From the NCBI GenBank assembly GCA_039185015.1, contig JBCDAU010000012.1:57637-121636 (forward strand): 64,000 bases of DNA, written 5' to 3'. Origin of the DNA: Actinomycetota bacterium. GTDB taxonomy: Bacteria > Actinomycetota > Acidimicrobiia > Acidimicrobiales > Poriferisodalaceae. The position numbers and the translations under genes were made by a program. Positions 45,789 to 56,635 of this stretch are shown here, piece by piece (positions within the stretch are counted from its first letter, which is position 1; each line of letters opens with the position of its first letter). Under the pieces are notes generated by a model. That model was not told the DNA's origin. It saw nothing but the letters and a program-made list of their open reading frames with translations, and did no database searches.

Positions 45789-46517
45789 TCAGGCGGGGAC
45801 CGACACTGACCTCACCTCGGCCATCCCAACCTGCTCGAGACTACGGATCAGCCACCAGCCGGGATCGACCTCACCCTCGGCGAACGCGAAGTTGGCCGCC
45901 GTCGGCCGGTGGTGGTGGTTGTTGTGGAGCCCCTCACCGGCGATCAGCCAGGCGAGCAGCTGGACGTTGGTCGCGCTGTTGTCGTGGGGCCGGTCGCCGA
46001 AGGTGTGGGTCACCCCGTTGATCAGGCCGCCACCGGCCACGTAGGCCACGATGTGCGCCGCCATGATCGCGGCGGCCCGCCGCCCTCCGAGCAACCGGCC
46101 GAGCACGACCGTCGTGACGCCGAGACCGGCGAGACCGGACCGGAAGACGGTGCGGTCGAGGTGGTCGGGTGGAAGGTCGCGGGTGTAGCGCTCGACCATC
46201 TCGGTGTCGGCGGCCGCCTTCCGGTACAGCGCGACGTTCGCGAGCAGCACCCGTCGCCAACCGAGCAGCGCCGGCGAGTGCGGGTCGAGCTCGGTGTCGA
46301 GCTTGGCGTGGTGGCGCCGGTGCACAGCGACCCACTCACGCCGGTCGATCCCGGTGGTGAGCCACAGGACCGAGCGGAAGCCGCGATCGGCAGCGGGACG
46401 GACCCGGAGGGCCCGATGCGTCAGCGCCCGGTGCAGGTACACGCTGGTGGCGAGGTTTGCGGCGGTGGTCAGCGCTGCGGCGGTCCCGACGCTGGCGAGC
46501 TTGCTGCGAAACGACAC
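45789..46517 (-). CDS. membrane fatty-acid (acyl-CoA) desaturase-family protein, short form
   Basis: Three His boxes: HRALTHR, HRRHH, HNNHHH. Confidence 0.6.
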   Translation of the reverse strand: MSFRSKLASVGTAAALTTAANLATSVYLHRALTHRALRVRPAADRGFRSVLWLTTGIDRREWVAVHRRHHAKLDTELDPHSPALLGWRRVLLANVALYRKAAADTEMVERYTRDLPPDHLDRTVFRSGLAGLGVTTVVLGRLLGGRRAAAIMAAHIVAYVAGGGLINGVTHTFGDRPHDNSATNVQLLAWLIAGEGLHNNHHHRPTAANFAFAEGEVDPGWWLIRSLEQVGMAEVRSVSVPA

Positions 46518-46538
46518 GGGCGGACCGTAGCCCGGCCA

Positions 46539-47414
46539 TCATGCGCTCGCCTCGGTCCGCTCCTCGAGCGCGCGCCACCACCGCTGCGCGTGCGGGACCA
46601 GGCGAGCGCGCTCCTCGGCGAACCGGCGAGCGGCGGAGCTGCCGACCCACCCGTCGGGCAGGAGCTCGTCGGGCAGGTCCGGATCGAGGAACGGGAACCG
46701 TCGCCAGTCGTGGACCAGTCGAATGAGGCGCTCGACGGCGCAGTCATCGGAACGAGGGGCGCCACCAGACCGATCGACCTCGGCGAGGAACGACCGGTAG
46801 CTGGACGCCAGCGCCGGCAGATCCCAGGCCCGAGCGGCGAGGTCCGCGCCGGTGCCCATCGCACCGACCTCGGCGCGAAACGACATCGCCTCGACCCCGA
46901 GACCGGCGAGCGCGGCGACCGCAGCGGCCTCGCGGTCGATCCACGGGCACACCCACAGCCCATTGCCGATCGAACCGAACCCAGCCCAGCTGAGCGCCTG
47001 CCCCATCCGGTAACGAGTGGACCGATCACGTTCGGGCACCGTGGCGACCACCACGACCCATCGACCGTCCCAATCCGGCCGGCCCTGGCCGAAGCCATAG
47101 ATCCGCTCGGCGCCCGCACCGAGCAGCGCTGCCGACCCGTCGGTCAGCCGCCACCGCGTGCGCCGGCCGTGCCGCTCCCGCTCCAACCACCCCTCGTCGG
47201 CGAGCCGCGAGAGGGCCTGGCGTGCTGCCTTGTCCCGCACCCCGAGGAGCTCGAGCGCTCCGAGCAGCGGACGGGTCCAGGCCGCACCGCCGGCGGGGAG
47301 GACGAGCTCGCCGAGCACCGTGACGAGCAGCCCGCGCGTCGAGTCGGCCTGCGCCGTGCCGTCGCGTCGAGCACCGAGGACGGGGGCCAACGACTCCGTT
47401 CGGGGCGACGCCAT
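46539..47414 (-). CDS. PaaX-family transcriptional regulator
   Basis: ...GLLVTVLGELVLPAGGAAWTRPLLGALELLGVRDKAARQALSRLADEGWLERERHGR... Divergent from boxC. Confidence 0.8.
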   Translation of the reverse strand: MASPRTESLAPVLGARRDGTAQADSTRGLLVTVLGELVLPAGGAAWTRPLLGALELLGVRDKAARQALSRLADEGWLERERHGRRTRWRLTDGSAALLGAGAERIYGFGQGRPDWDGRWVVVVATVPERDRSTRYRMGQALSWAGFGSIGNGLWVCPWIDREAAAVAALAGLGVEAMSFRAEVGAMGTGADLAARAWDLPALASSYRSFLAEVDRSGGAPRSDDCAVERLIRLVHDWRRFPFLDPDLPDELLPDGWVGSSAARRFAEERARLVPHAQRWWRALEERTEASA

Positions 47415-47498
47415 CACCGCATCATATTCCACAAGTGGTTGACGAGCCACCAACGATACGTAGTATGTCTGCAGGCCGACGGACCACCAGGGGGACCC

Positions 47499-49166
47499 GT
47501 GACCGAACCGATCGTCGAGTTCGACACCGACCCGTCGCGCTACCACCACTGGCGCCTCGAGGTCGACGGACCGGTCGCCACGCTGACGATGGCGGTCGAG
47601 CCGGACGCCGGACTTCGCGACGACTACGAGTTGAAGACCAACTCCTACGACCTTGGCGTCGATGTCGAGCTCCACGACGCCGCCCAGCGCCTCCGCTTCG
47701 AGCACCCCGAGGTGAAGGTCGTGGTCGTCACGGGCGGGTACGACAAGGTGTTCTGCGCAGGCGCCAACATCCAGATGCTCGCCGGGGCGAGCCACGCTCA
47801 CAAGGTGAACTTCTGCAAGTTCACCAACGAGACCCGCAACGGGATCGAGGACGCCACGGCGAACTCTCGCCAGACCTGGATCGCTGCCGTCAACGGCACC
47901 GCAGCGGGCGGAGGGTACGAGCTGGCCCTCGCCTGCGACGAGATCCTGCTCGTCGACGACCGCTCGTCGGCGGTCTCGCTGCCCGAGATCCCCCTGCTCG
48001 CCGTGCTGCCCGGCACCGGTGGGCTCACCCGCGTCGTCGACAAGCGCCACGTCCGCCGCGACCTCGCCGATGCCTTCGCCACCCGCACCGAGGGGGTCCG
48101 CGGCAACGCAGCGCTCGACTGGGGCCTGGTCGACCACCTCGCGCCGGCGAGCGGCTGGGACGCGCTGATCGCCGAGCGCGTGGCAGCCCGCCTCGCCGAC
48201 AGCGACCGCCCCGACCAGGGACCTGGCGTGCCGCTCGGTCCGCTCCAGCGGTCCGTCGACGGCGACCGCATCGACTACGGCAACGTGGCCGTCGAGCTCG
48301 ACCGCGACAAGGGCGCTGCGACGTTCACCGTCAGCGCACCGGTCGCCGACCAGCCGTCGACCGGCGACGACCTCGTGGCGGCGGGCGACAGCAGCTGGCT
48401 GCTCCGCACGGTACGCGAGCTCGACGACGCGATCGTGCGGCTCCGCTTCGACGAGCCCGAGCTCGGCACCTGGGTCCTCCGCACCGCGGGCGATGTCGAC
48501 CGGGTGGCGCAGGCCGACGCCGTCCTCGGCGCCGAGCCGGATCACTGGCTCGTCCGCGAGGTTCGCCTGTTCTGGTCGCGGACGCTCTCGCGGCTCGACG
48601 TGTCCTCTCGCACGCTCGTCACCCTCGTCGAGCCCGGGAGCTGCTTCGTCGGCACCCTCGCCGAGCTGCTGCTCGTCGCCGACCGCAGCTTCATGCTCGA
48701 CGGCACCTGGGAGGACCTCGACGATCCCCCTCCCCCGGCGAGGGTCCGACTCACCGAGGCCAACCTCGGCTGGTACCCGATGGCGAACGACCTCACCCGG
48801 CTCCGCACCCGCTTCTGGGGCCGCGACGACACCTTCGAACGGGCGAGCGCCCTCGCGGGCAAGGACCTGCTCGCCGCCGAGGCCGCCGAGGCCGAGCTCG
48901 TCACCTTCACCCCGGACGACCTCGACTGGGACGACGAGGTGCGGCTGACCCTCGAGGAGCGGAACAGCTTCAGCCCCGACGCCCTCACCGGCATGGAGGC
49001 CAGCTACCGCTTCGTCGGCCCCGAGACCATGACCACCAAGATCTTCGCCCGGCTCACCGCATGGCAGAACTGGATCTTCCAACGACCGAACGCCGTCGGC
49101 CCCGACGGTGCGCTCCGCCGGTTCGGTACCGGCTCCCGTCCCGACTACGACCGCAGGAGAGTCTGA
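47499..49166 (+). CDS. boxC: benzoyl-CoA-dihydrodiol lyase (2,3-epoxybenzoyl-CoA dihydrolase), crotonase superfamily
   Basis: 555 aa from GTG 47499. Crotonase core ...KVFCAGANIQML...GGGYELALACDEILLVDD... Confidence 0.8.
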   Translation: MTEPIVEFDTDPSRYHHWRLEVDGPVATLTMAVEPDAGLRDDYELKTNSYDLGVDVELHDAAQRLRFEHPEVKVVVVTGGYDKVFCAGANIQMLAGASHAHKVNFCKFTNETRNGIEDATANSRQTWIAAVNGTAAGGGYELALACDEILLVDDRSSAVSLPEIPLLAVLPGTGGLTRVVDKRHVRRDLADAFATRTEGVRGNAALDWGLVDHLAPASGWDALIAERVAARLADSDRPDQGPGVPLGPLQRSVDGDRIDYGNVAVELDRDKGAATFTVSAPVADQPSTGDDLVAAGDSSWLLRTVRELDDAIVRLRFDEPELGTWVLRTAGDVDRVAQADAVLGAEPDHWLVREVRLFWSRTLSRLDVSSRTLVTLVEPGSCFVGTLAELLLVADRSFMLDGTWEDLDDPPPPARVRLTEANLGWYPMANDLTRLRTRFWGRDDTFERASALAGKDLLAAEAAEAELVTFTPDDLDWDDEVRLTLEERNSFSPDALTGMEASYRFVGPETMTTKIFARLTAWQNWIFQRPNAVGPDGALRRFGTGSRPDYDRRRV

Positions 49167-49167
49167 G

Positions 49168-50583
<1,416 letters not shown>

Positions 50584-50715
50584 GCGGCTGACCCGCCGAC
50601 GCGGGTGAGGCCGCCCCCGGCGGACGGGGACGGCCTCGGGAAAACGCGAACGAGGCCGGCCCCGGAGGGTCGGCCTCGTCGCCGGGCGGCTCGGGCGGAG
50701 CCATGCGGAATGATC

Positions 50716-50828
50716 AGGCCCAGCTGACGCCCTTGGCCCAGCTCGCACCCTTCGCCCAGCTCGCACCCTTGGCCCAGCTGGCACCCTTGGCCCAGCTCGC
50801 ACCCTTTGCCCAGCTCGCACCCTTGGTC
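50716..50828. repeat. six to seven tandem copies of the 18-bp unit cccttggcccagctcgca in an intergenic region
   Basis: Seen directly in the sequence. Both strands give repeat-peptide ORFs (GASWAK / LAQLAP). Confidence 0.8.
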
Positions 50829-50941
50829 TGCATCGTCATCGATCCTTCGTCTCGGTGGGCGCTCCGCTGTGGTGTCTCGCAGCGCCTCGTGTGGTGTGAC
50901 ATCACGATGCGACAGATCCCGGCCGAGCGGATCGGTCAGAT

Positions 50942-51024
50942 GACGTATCCGCGACGTACGTCATGACGTAGTTCTGCGTACGTCGGTCCGAGGCGAGGAC
51001 ACTTTCGACCCCTTTCCGTACGTT
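50942..51024. promoter_or_regulatory. cluster of CGTACG-centred palindromes (gacgtacgtc perfect 10-mer, plus two more cgtacg boxes) upstream of the LuxR-family regulator gene
   Basis: Seen directly in the sequence. Lies 90-170 bp upstream of the ATG at 51111. Confidence 0.35.
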
Positions 51025-51110
51025 TTCGTGCCACACCTGTTGCCAGGCTGTTGTGCGTCTACCGCTCAAGTACGGTCAGGGGCACCGGACACCCGAACAA
51101 GACTGTCTCG

Positions 51111-54080
51111 ATGCCAGCTGCAGCCCCCGGGGTCGGTGACGAGCTGGTCGGCCGAGAGGCCGAACTGGCCCGCCTCCGCGACCTCGCCGATCTCTCGGTC
51201 GAGCACGGGGCCCAGCTCGCCCTCGTGACCGGTGAGGCGGGCATCGGCAAGACCACGATGACCTCGGCGTTCGTCCGCAGCCTCGCCGAGTCCGGCTGGG
51301 GCGCCCACGTCGGGCACAGCATCGAGTACGCCGACCGGACCCTCCCCCTCGGACCGATCATCGCGATCGTGAGCTCGGTCCTGCGAGGCGACGCGGACGA
51401 CACGGACGCCCTCGTCGGTCCCCACCGGGCCGACCTCGCCGCCCTCTTACCCGAGCTCGACTGGGGCGACCAGGGCGTCGATGCGGGCAGCGACGTCGGG
51501 CGACTCTTCGACGCCATCACCCACCTGCTCATCGCCGCGGCCCGCCGCCGGCCGCTGGTCCTGGTCGTCGAGGACATCCACTGGGCCGATGCGGCGACCC
51601 GTGACGTGCTCTCCTCGCTCGTCCACACCCTGCGGGACGCGCGCGTGCTGATCCTGGTCACGGAGCGGGCCGGCGCGACCAGCCGCGACCACCCGCTCCG
51701 GGGCTGGATCGCCGAGATGCGCCGCCTCGTCAACGCCCACGCGCTCGAGCTGAGCGGCCTGACCCGGGGCGAGCTCGAGGAACAGGCCACCCGTCTGCTC
51801 GACGAGCACCCCGACCCCGCCCTCATCGACGACCTGGTCGAGCGGACCGGCGGCAACCCCTACTTCTCCCGTGAGCTGGTGCTCACCCGACAGAGCGGCG
51901 GCATGGCGCTGCCCGTCTCGCTCGTCGAGTTCCTGACCGCACGGGTGAACCGGCTGGAGGCCGACGAACGGGAACTGCTCCGAGCCCTCGCCGTGGTCGG
52001 CGGCGTCGCCGACCACCGCCTCCTCGCGGCGATGCTGCCCGACCTCGACGTCAGCCGGCTGCTCCGCAGCCTCTTCGACGCCTCCATCCTCGAGGTCTCC
52101 GGGAACGAGCTGGCCTTCGGCCACGCCCTGCTCCGTGAGGCCATCCTCCGAGAGGTCCTGCCCTTCGAGGCCGAAGACCTCCATCGCAGCGCCGCCGAGG
52201 CGATCGAGGCCGACCCACGTCGGGGTGAGTCGTTGAGCGACCTCACCAGCCTGGCGGTGCACTGGTCGAACGCCGGCGACCACGATCGCAGCCTCGCCGC
52301 AGCCGTCCGAGCCGCAGAGGCCGCGGCCGCCGTCGCCGCGAGCGAGGCCGCCGCCGAGCTGTCGTTGCAGGCCCTCCACGAGTGGCCGGCGGCCGGCGAC
52401 CCCGAGGCATTGACCGGCACGACCAGGCTGGAGCTGCTCACCGACACCGCCGACCGGCTCGCGGCGTGCCTCCGAAGCACCGAGGCCCTCGCGATGGTCG
52501 ACGAGGCGCTGGCCGGGTGGGCCCGCCAGCTCCGTCCGGCCGAGCGAGCCCTGCTGCTCGCGTGGAAGGCCCCCGTCCACTGGCACATGGGCAACCCCGA
52601 CGAGACGGCTCGCCTGCTCGTCGAGGCCGAGCAGCTGGTCGACGACGACGTGTCGGCCGCCGCTGCTCAGGTCCACCACCGCATCTCCAAGCAGGCGCTC
52701 GCCGACGGACTCGTGACGCCCGCGCTGGCCGCAGCCGAGCGGGCCATCAGCATCGCCGAGAGCGAGGGCCCCGAGGTCGCGCTCGTCGAGGCCATGACGG
52801 CCAAGGCGTTGGCGGTCGGTGTCACCTCCGACCTGGACGCCGGGGTCGAGCTCGCCCGCGACGCCCGGGCCACGGCGCTGCGCCAGCACCTCGTCCCCCA
52901 GGTCGCCAACGCGTTCCGGACCGAGATGCTCATCATCGTGTTCCAGGCGGGCAGGACGGAGGACTCGCTCGAGGTCTCCCGGCAAGCCCTGGCCTACGCC
53001 GAGCTGCACTGCGGTCCGAGGTGGCGAGCCGAGCTGCAACTCGACCTCTGCTTCGGCTACCTCGACGCCGGCCGGTACGCTGAGGCCGAAACCCTCCTCG
53101 ATCAGCTGCTCGAGACCGAGCTCGAGGACCTCGCCAGCCTGACCGTGCTGCAGTCCTCGGCCGTACACGCGCTGGGCATCGGCGACCTCGACCGGGCGGC
53201 CACCCACCTCGACCGAGCCGACGAGATCGCCGACCGATACCAGTCCTCGCAGGAGACCGGGTTTCAGGCGCGACTCCGCTCCGAGCTGGCCCGACGACGG
53301 GCTCGGCCCGACGAGGCGCTCCACCACGTCGACATCGCACTGGAGCTGCACTTGTCCGGCGACAACCTCACCTACACCCGCGAAGCGATCGTCGAGAAGC
53401 TCCGCGTCCTGCGGCTGCGGCGCGACAGCGGGCTCGACGATCCACCCGAGGTGGTGGACGACATCGCCGCACAGGTGGAGGGGTTCGACGACGACGGCGT
53501 GGCCAACCGCGCCATGCGAGCCCAGATGGACCTCGAGCTCGCAGCGCTCCGCGGAGACGTCGACGTCGAGCAGGGTGAGGCTGCGGCGGAGGCGCTCGAG
53601 GCCGTGGGCTACCTCCACGAGGCGGCGCAGGCGCTGCTGCTCGTCGCCGAGCGCCTGGCGTCGACCAACGACGATGCCGAACCCGTGGTGCGCCGCCTCG
53701 CCGACCTCACCGCCCAGCACGGCATGACGGTCCTCGCCGAGCGGACGCGCTCGCTGGCCGCCGTCTCCCGCATCGACCTGACCGACGGTGAGGTCGATCA
53801 GACCCCGGCGACCGACGGCGCTCCAGCTCCGCTCCCGCTGCAGTTGACGCCCCGCGAGGTGGAGGTGATGGCGCTGGTCGCCGAAGGCCTCACCAACAAG
53901 GCGATCGGCGAACGCCTCTTCCTCAGCCACCGCACGGTGAGCACCCACATCTCCAACCTCCTCGCCAAGCTGGGCGTCGCCAACCGGGGCGAGGCCGCGG
54001 CCGCCTTCCACCGGCTCGGGCTCGCCGAGGTCATCGACCTCCGCGACTCCGAGCAGGCGTCCGAGTCGAGGGCGGGCTGA
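51111..54080 (+). CDS. large ATP-binding LuxR-family regulator (LAL/MalT-like): N-terminal P-loop NTPase, TPR-like middle, C-terminal LuxR HTH
   Basis: Walker A GEAGIGKTT, Walker B LVLVVEDIHWAD, C-terminal LTPREVEVMALVAEGLTNKAIGERLFLSHRTVSTHISNLLAKLGV. Confidence 0.85.
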   Translation: MPAAAPGVGDELVGREAELARLRDLADLSVEHGAQLALVTGEAGIGKTTMTSAFVRSLAESGWGAHVGHSIEYADRTLPLGPIIAIVSSVLRGDADDTDALVGPHRADLAALLPELDWGDQGVDAGSDVGRLFDAITHLLIAAARRRPLVLVVEDIHWADAATRDVLSSLVHTLRDARVLILVTERAGATSRDHPLRGWIAEMRRLVNAHALELSGLTRGELEEQATRLLDEHPDPALIDDLVERTGGNPYFSRELVLTRQSGGMALPVSLVEFLTARVNRLEADERELLRALAVVGGVADHRLLAAMLPDLDVSRLLRSLFDASILEVSGNELAFGHALLREAILREVLPFEAEDLHRSAAEAIEADPRRGESLSDLTSLAVHWSNAGDHDRSLAAAVRAAEAAAAVAASEAAAELSLQALHEWPAAGDPEALTGTTRLELLTDTADRLAACLRSTEALAMVDEALAGWARQLRPAERALLLAWKAPVHWHMGNPDETARLLVEAEQLVDDDVSAAAAQVHHRISKQALADGLVTPALAAAERAISIAESEGPEVALVEAMTAKALAVGVTSDLDAGVELARDARATALRQHLVPQVANAFRTEMLIIVFQAGRTEDSLEVSRQALAYAELHCGPRWRAELQLDLCFGYLDAGRYAEAETLLDQLLETELEDLASLTVLQSSAVHALGIGDLDRAATHLDRADEIADRYQSSQETGFQARLRSELARRRARPDEALHHVDIALELHLSGDNLTYTREAIVEKLRVLRLRRDSGLDDPPEVVDDIAAQVEGFDDDGVANRAMRAQMDLELAALRGDVDVEQGEAAAEALEAVGYLHEAAQALLLVAERLASTNDDAEPVVRRLADLTAQHGMTVLAERTRSLAAVSRIDLTDGEVDQTPATDGAPAPLPLQLTPREVEVMALVAEGLTNKAIGERLFLSHRTVSTHISNLLAKLGVANRGEAAAAFHRLGLAEVIDLRDSEQASESRAG

Positions 54081-54097
54081 GCCACGACCGCACCTCG

Positions 54098-55360
54098 GTG
54101 AGCTCGAACCATCCGCTGCGCTCGCTCAAGGAGCGCAACGCCCGAGTGTTCTTCGCCGGGCTCGGGCTGTCGGCGATCGGCACCTGGGCCCACAACACCG
54201 CCGTCGTGCTGCTCGTGCGGGAGCTCGGCGGCGGAGGTCTCGAGCTGGGCATCGCCGCCGCCTGCCAGTTCGGGCCGATGCTCCTCTTCGGGCTCCACGC
54301 CGGCGCGTTCGCCGACCGCTCCGACCGGTTCCGCCTCACGATCCGGCTCCAGATGGCCCTGGCGGTCGTCGCGTTCGGGCTCGGGATCATCGTGCTCACG
54401 GACAACGCGACGCTCTCGATCGTCTACGGGGCGACCGTGGTCTTCGGTGGTCTCACCGCCCTCGAGAACCCGACGAGGCGGACCTTCGCCACCGAGCTGG
54501 TCCCACCGGAGAACCTCGGCAACATCCTCGCGCTCAACACCTCGGTCATGACCGGCGCCCGCATCTTCGGCCCAGCGCTCGCCGCGCTGCTGGCGGAGGT
54601 CACCAGCACGGCCTGGGTGTTCCTCGGCAACGGCATCAGCTACGCCGCGGTGCTGGTCGCGCTCCTCCGGATGGACCAGACCCGCCTGCACCGGCTCGAG
54701 CGGGCGAGGCCGAGCGGGTCGCCCGTGCGCGACGTGCTCCGCGAGCTGTGGGGCATCCCGACGCTGCGGATCACGCTCATCGCCTTCGCCGTCATCTCGA
54801 CCTTCGCCTACAACCACTCGGTCTCGTTGCCCCTGCTCGTCTCCGATCGGCTGCAGGAGGACGACGCCGTCTTCGGGTGGTTGCTGTCGGCCATGAGCGT
54901 CGGCAACGTGATCGGCGCGCTGACCGTCGCCCGCTTCGACCGCACACCGAACGCCTGGGTCTTCGGCGCCGCCGGCGCGCTCGCGCTCAGCCTCGGCGCG
55001 CTGTCGTTCTCGACGTCGCTCGCGATCGCCATCCCGCTCGTGATCGCCTTCGGCATCTCGGCGACCGCGTTCGTCAACTCCTCGAACAACGTCGTGCAGG
55101 AGCGGATCGACCCGACCTTCCGGAGCCGGGCGTTGGCCCTCACGAGCGTGCTCTTCATCGGCAGCACGCCGATCGGCGGGCCGATCACGGGGATCATCGG
55201 CGACACCGCCGGGGCGGTCTGGGCGAACCTCTACGGCGCGATCATCAGCGCCGTCGCGGCGACGGTGGGCTGGTTCGTGCTGCGGCGGGTGCTGGCCACT
55301 GATGGGGTTGGACGAGGTGCGGTCGGGCACGATGGAGGATCCCAGCGTCCCGTGAGGTGA
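54098..55360 (+). CDS. MFS transporter
   Basis: 12 predicted TM segments. GTG start. Confidence 0.85.
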   Translation: MSSNHPLRSLKERNARVFFAGLGLSAIGTWAHNTAVVLLVRELGGGGLELGIAAACQFGPMLLFGLHAGAFADRSDRFRLTIRLQMALAVVAFGLGIIVLTDNATLSIVYGATVVFGGLTALENPTRRTFATELVPPENLGNILALNTSVMTGARIFGPALAALLAEVTSTAWVFLGNGISYAAVLVALLRMDQTRLHRLERARPSGSPVRDVLRELWGIPTLRITLIAFAVISTFAYNHSVSLPLLVSDRLQEDDAVFGWLLSAMSVGNVIGALTVARFDRTPNAWVFGAAGALALSLGALSFSTSLAIAIPLVIAFGISATAFVNSSNNVVQERIDPTFRSRALALTSVLFIGSTPIGGPITGIIGDTAGAVWANLYGAIISAVAATVGWFVLRRVLATDGVGRGAVGHDGGSQRPVR

Positions 55361-55363
55361 CCC

Positions 55364-56623
55364 GTGCCCGCATCAGCATCCCGACTGGTCGACACCGCCT
55401 TCTGGCAGCTTCCCCTGCACGAGCGGATGCTCGAGATCGAGGAGATGCGGGAGCAGGCTCCGATCCACACGGTGGGCTACGTCAACGAGCTGATCGACGC
55501 CCACGAGGAGTTCCACGCGGTCCTCACCTTCGACGAGGCCGTGCACATCTCCAAGAACCCGAAGGACTTCTGCTCGGGCAAGGGAGCGACATCCATCGTC
55601 GATCTCCCTGCCGAGATGCTCGAGTACTTCGGCGGGTTCATCAACATGGACGACCCGCGCCACGCACGGCAGCGCACGATCGTCGCTCGGACCTTCACCC
55701 CGAAGTCGCTGCAGGGCGTGCTCGACTCGGTCGAGACGATCTGCGCCGAGGTCATCGACGGCTTCTGCGAGCAGGGCGAGGTCGACCTGGTCGAGGCGCT
55801 CTCCCAGCCGTTCCCGCTCCTGGTCATCTGCGACATGATGGGCATCCCCCGCAGCGACTTCGACCGGGTGCTGCGGGCGACCAACGTCATCCTCGGCGCC
55901 GGCGACCCTGAGTTCCTCGAGGGTCGGGACCCGATGCAGGCAGCGATCGAGTCCGGCATCGAGCTCGTCACGTTGATGAACGAGCTGGCGGCGCACAAGC
56001 GGGCCAATCCTGCCGATGACCTCACCTCGAAGCTCGTCAACCAGGAGTTCGACGAGGACGTCCTGACGCCGGAGGAGCTCGGCTCGTTCTTCATCCTCCT
56101 GGCGGTCGCCGGCAACGACACCACCCGCAACGCCACGACCTACGCCGTCGATCTGCTCTCGCGGCACCCCGATCAGCGGGCGATCCTGATGGACGATCTC
56201 GAAGGCGTCGGGCCGACGGCGGTCGAGGAGATCGTTCGGGCATCGTCGCCGGTCAACTTCATGCGGCGGACCGTGACCCACGACCTCAGCATCGGCGGCC
56301 GGGACTTCACCGAGGGCGACCGCATGATCCTCTTCTACGGTGCCGCCAACCGCGACCCGAAGACGTTCACGGATCCGCATCGGTTCGACGTGCAGCGCGA
56401 CCCCAACCCCCACGTCGGGTTCGGCGGCCCCGGCCCGCACTTCTGCCTCGGGGCCCACCTCGCCCGCCGCGAGGTCAACGTGATGCTCCGACAGCTCTAC
56501 TCGCGGCTGCCCGACATCGAGACCGCCGGCGAGCCGGTCCCGCTCGAGGCCGCCGGCGTGCCGCTCGTGACCGGCATCAAGCGGCTGCCGGTCACCTTCA
56601 CGCCGAGCGCGCCGGTCGGCTGA
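55364..56623 (+). CDS. cytochrome P450
   Basis: Heme loop FGGPGPHFCLGAHLAR, I-helix AGNDTT, ExxR present. Confidence 0.9.
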   Translation: MPASASRLVDTAFWQLPLHERMLEIEEMREQAPIHTVGYVNELIDAHEEFHAVLTFDEAVHISKNPKDFCSGKGATSIVDLPAEMLEYFGGFINMDDPRHARQRTIVARTFTPKSLQGVLDSVETICAEVIDGFCEQGEVDLVEALSQPFPLLVICDMMGIPRSDFDRVLRATNVILGAGDPEFLEGRDPMQAAIESGIELVTLMNELAAHKRANPADDLTSKLVNQEFDEDVLTPEELGSFFILLAVAGNDTTRNATTYAVDLLSRHPDQRAILMDDLEGVGPTAVEEIVRASSPVNFMRRTVTHDLSIGGRDFTEGDRMILFYGAANRDPKTFTDPHRFDVQRDPNPHVGFGGPGPHFCLGAHLARREVNVMLRQLYSRLPDIETAGEPVPLEAAGVPLVTGIKRLPVTFTPSAPVG

Positions 56624-56635
56624 CGCGACGGCCGA

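Noticed and set aside
45789-46517. Calling the 242-aa His-box protein a full-length stearoyl-CoA desaturase
   Set aside because: It is much shorter than typical acyl-CoA desaturases (300-430 aa). Only the His-box pattern supports the family, so it is reported as desaturase-family with reduced confidence.
50714-50905. 63-aa minus-strand ORF ending in (KGASWA)6, and the plus-strand LAQLAP-repeat ORF
   Set aside because: Both arise automatically from the 18-bp periodic repeat and there is no convincing RBS. They are kept as a hypothesis in the findings but not called as CDS.
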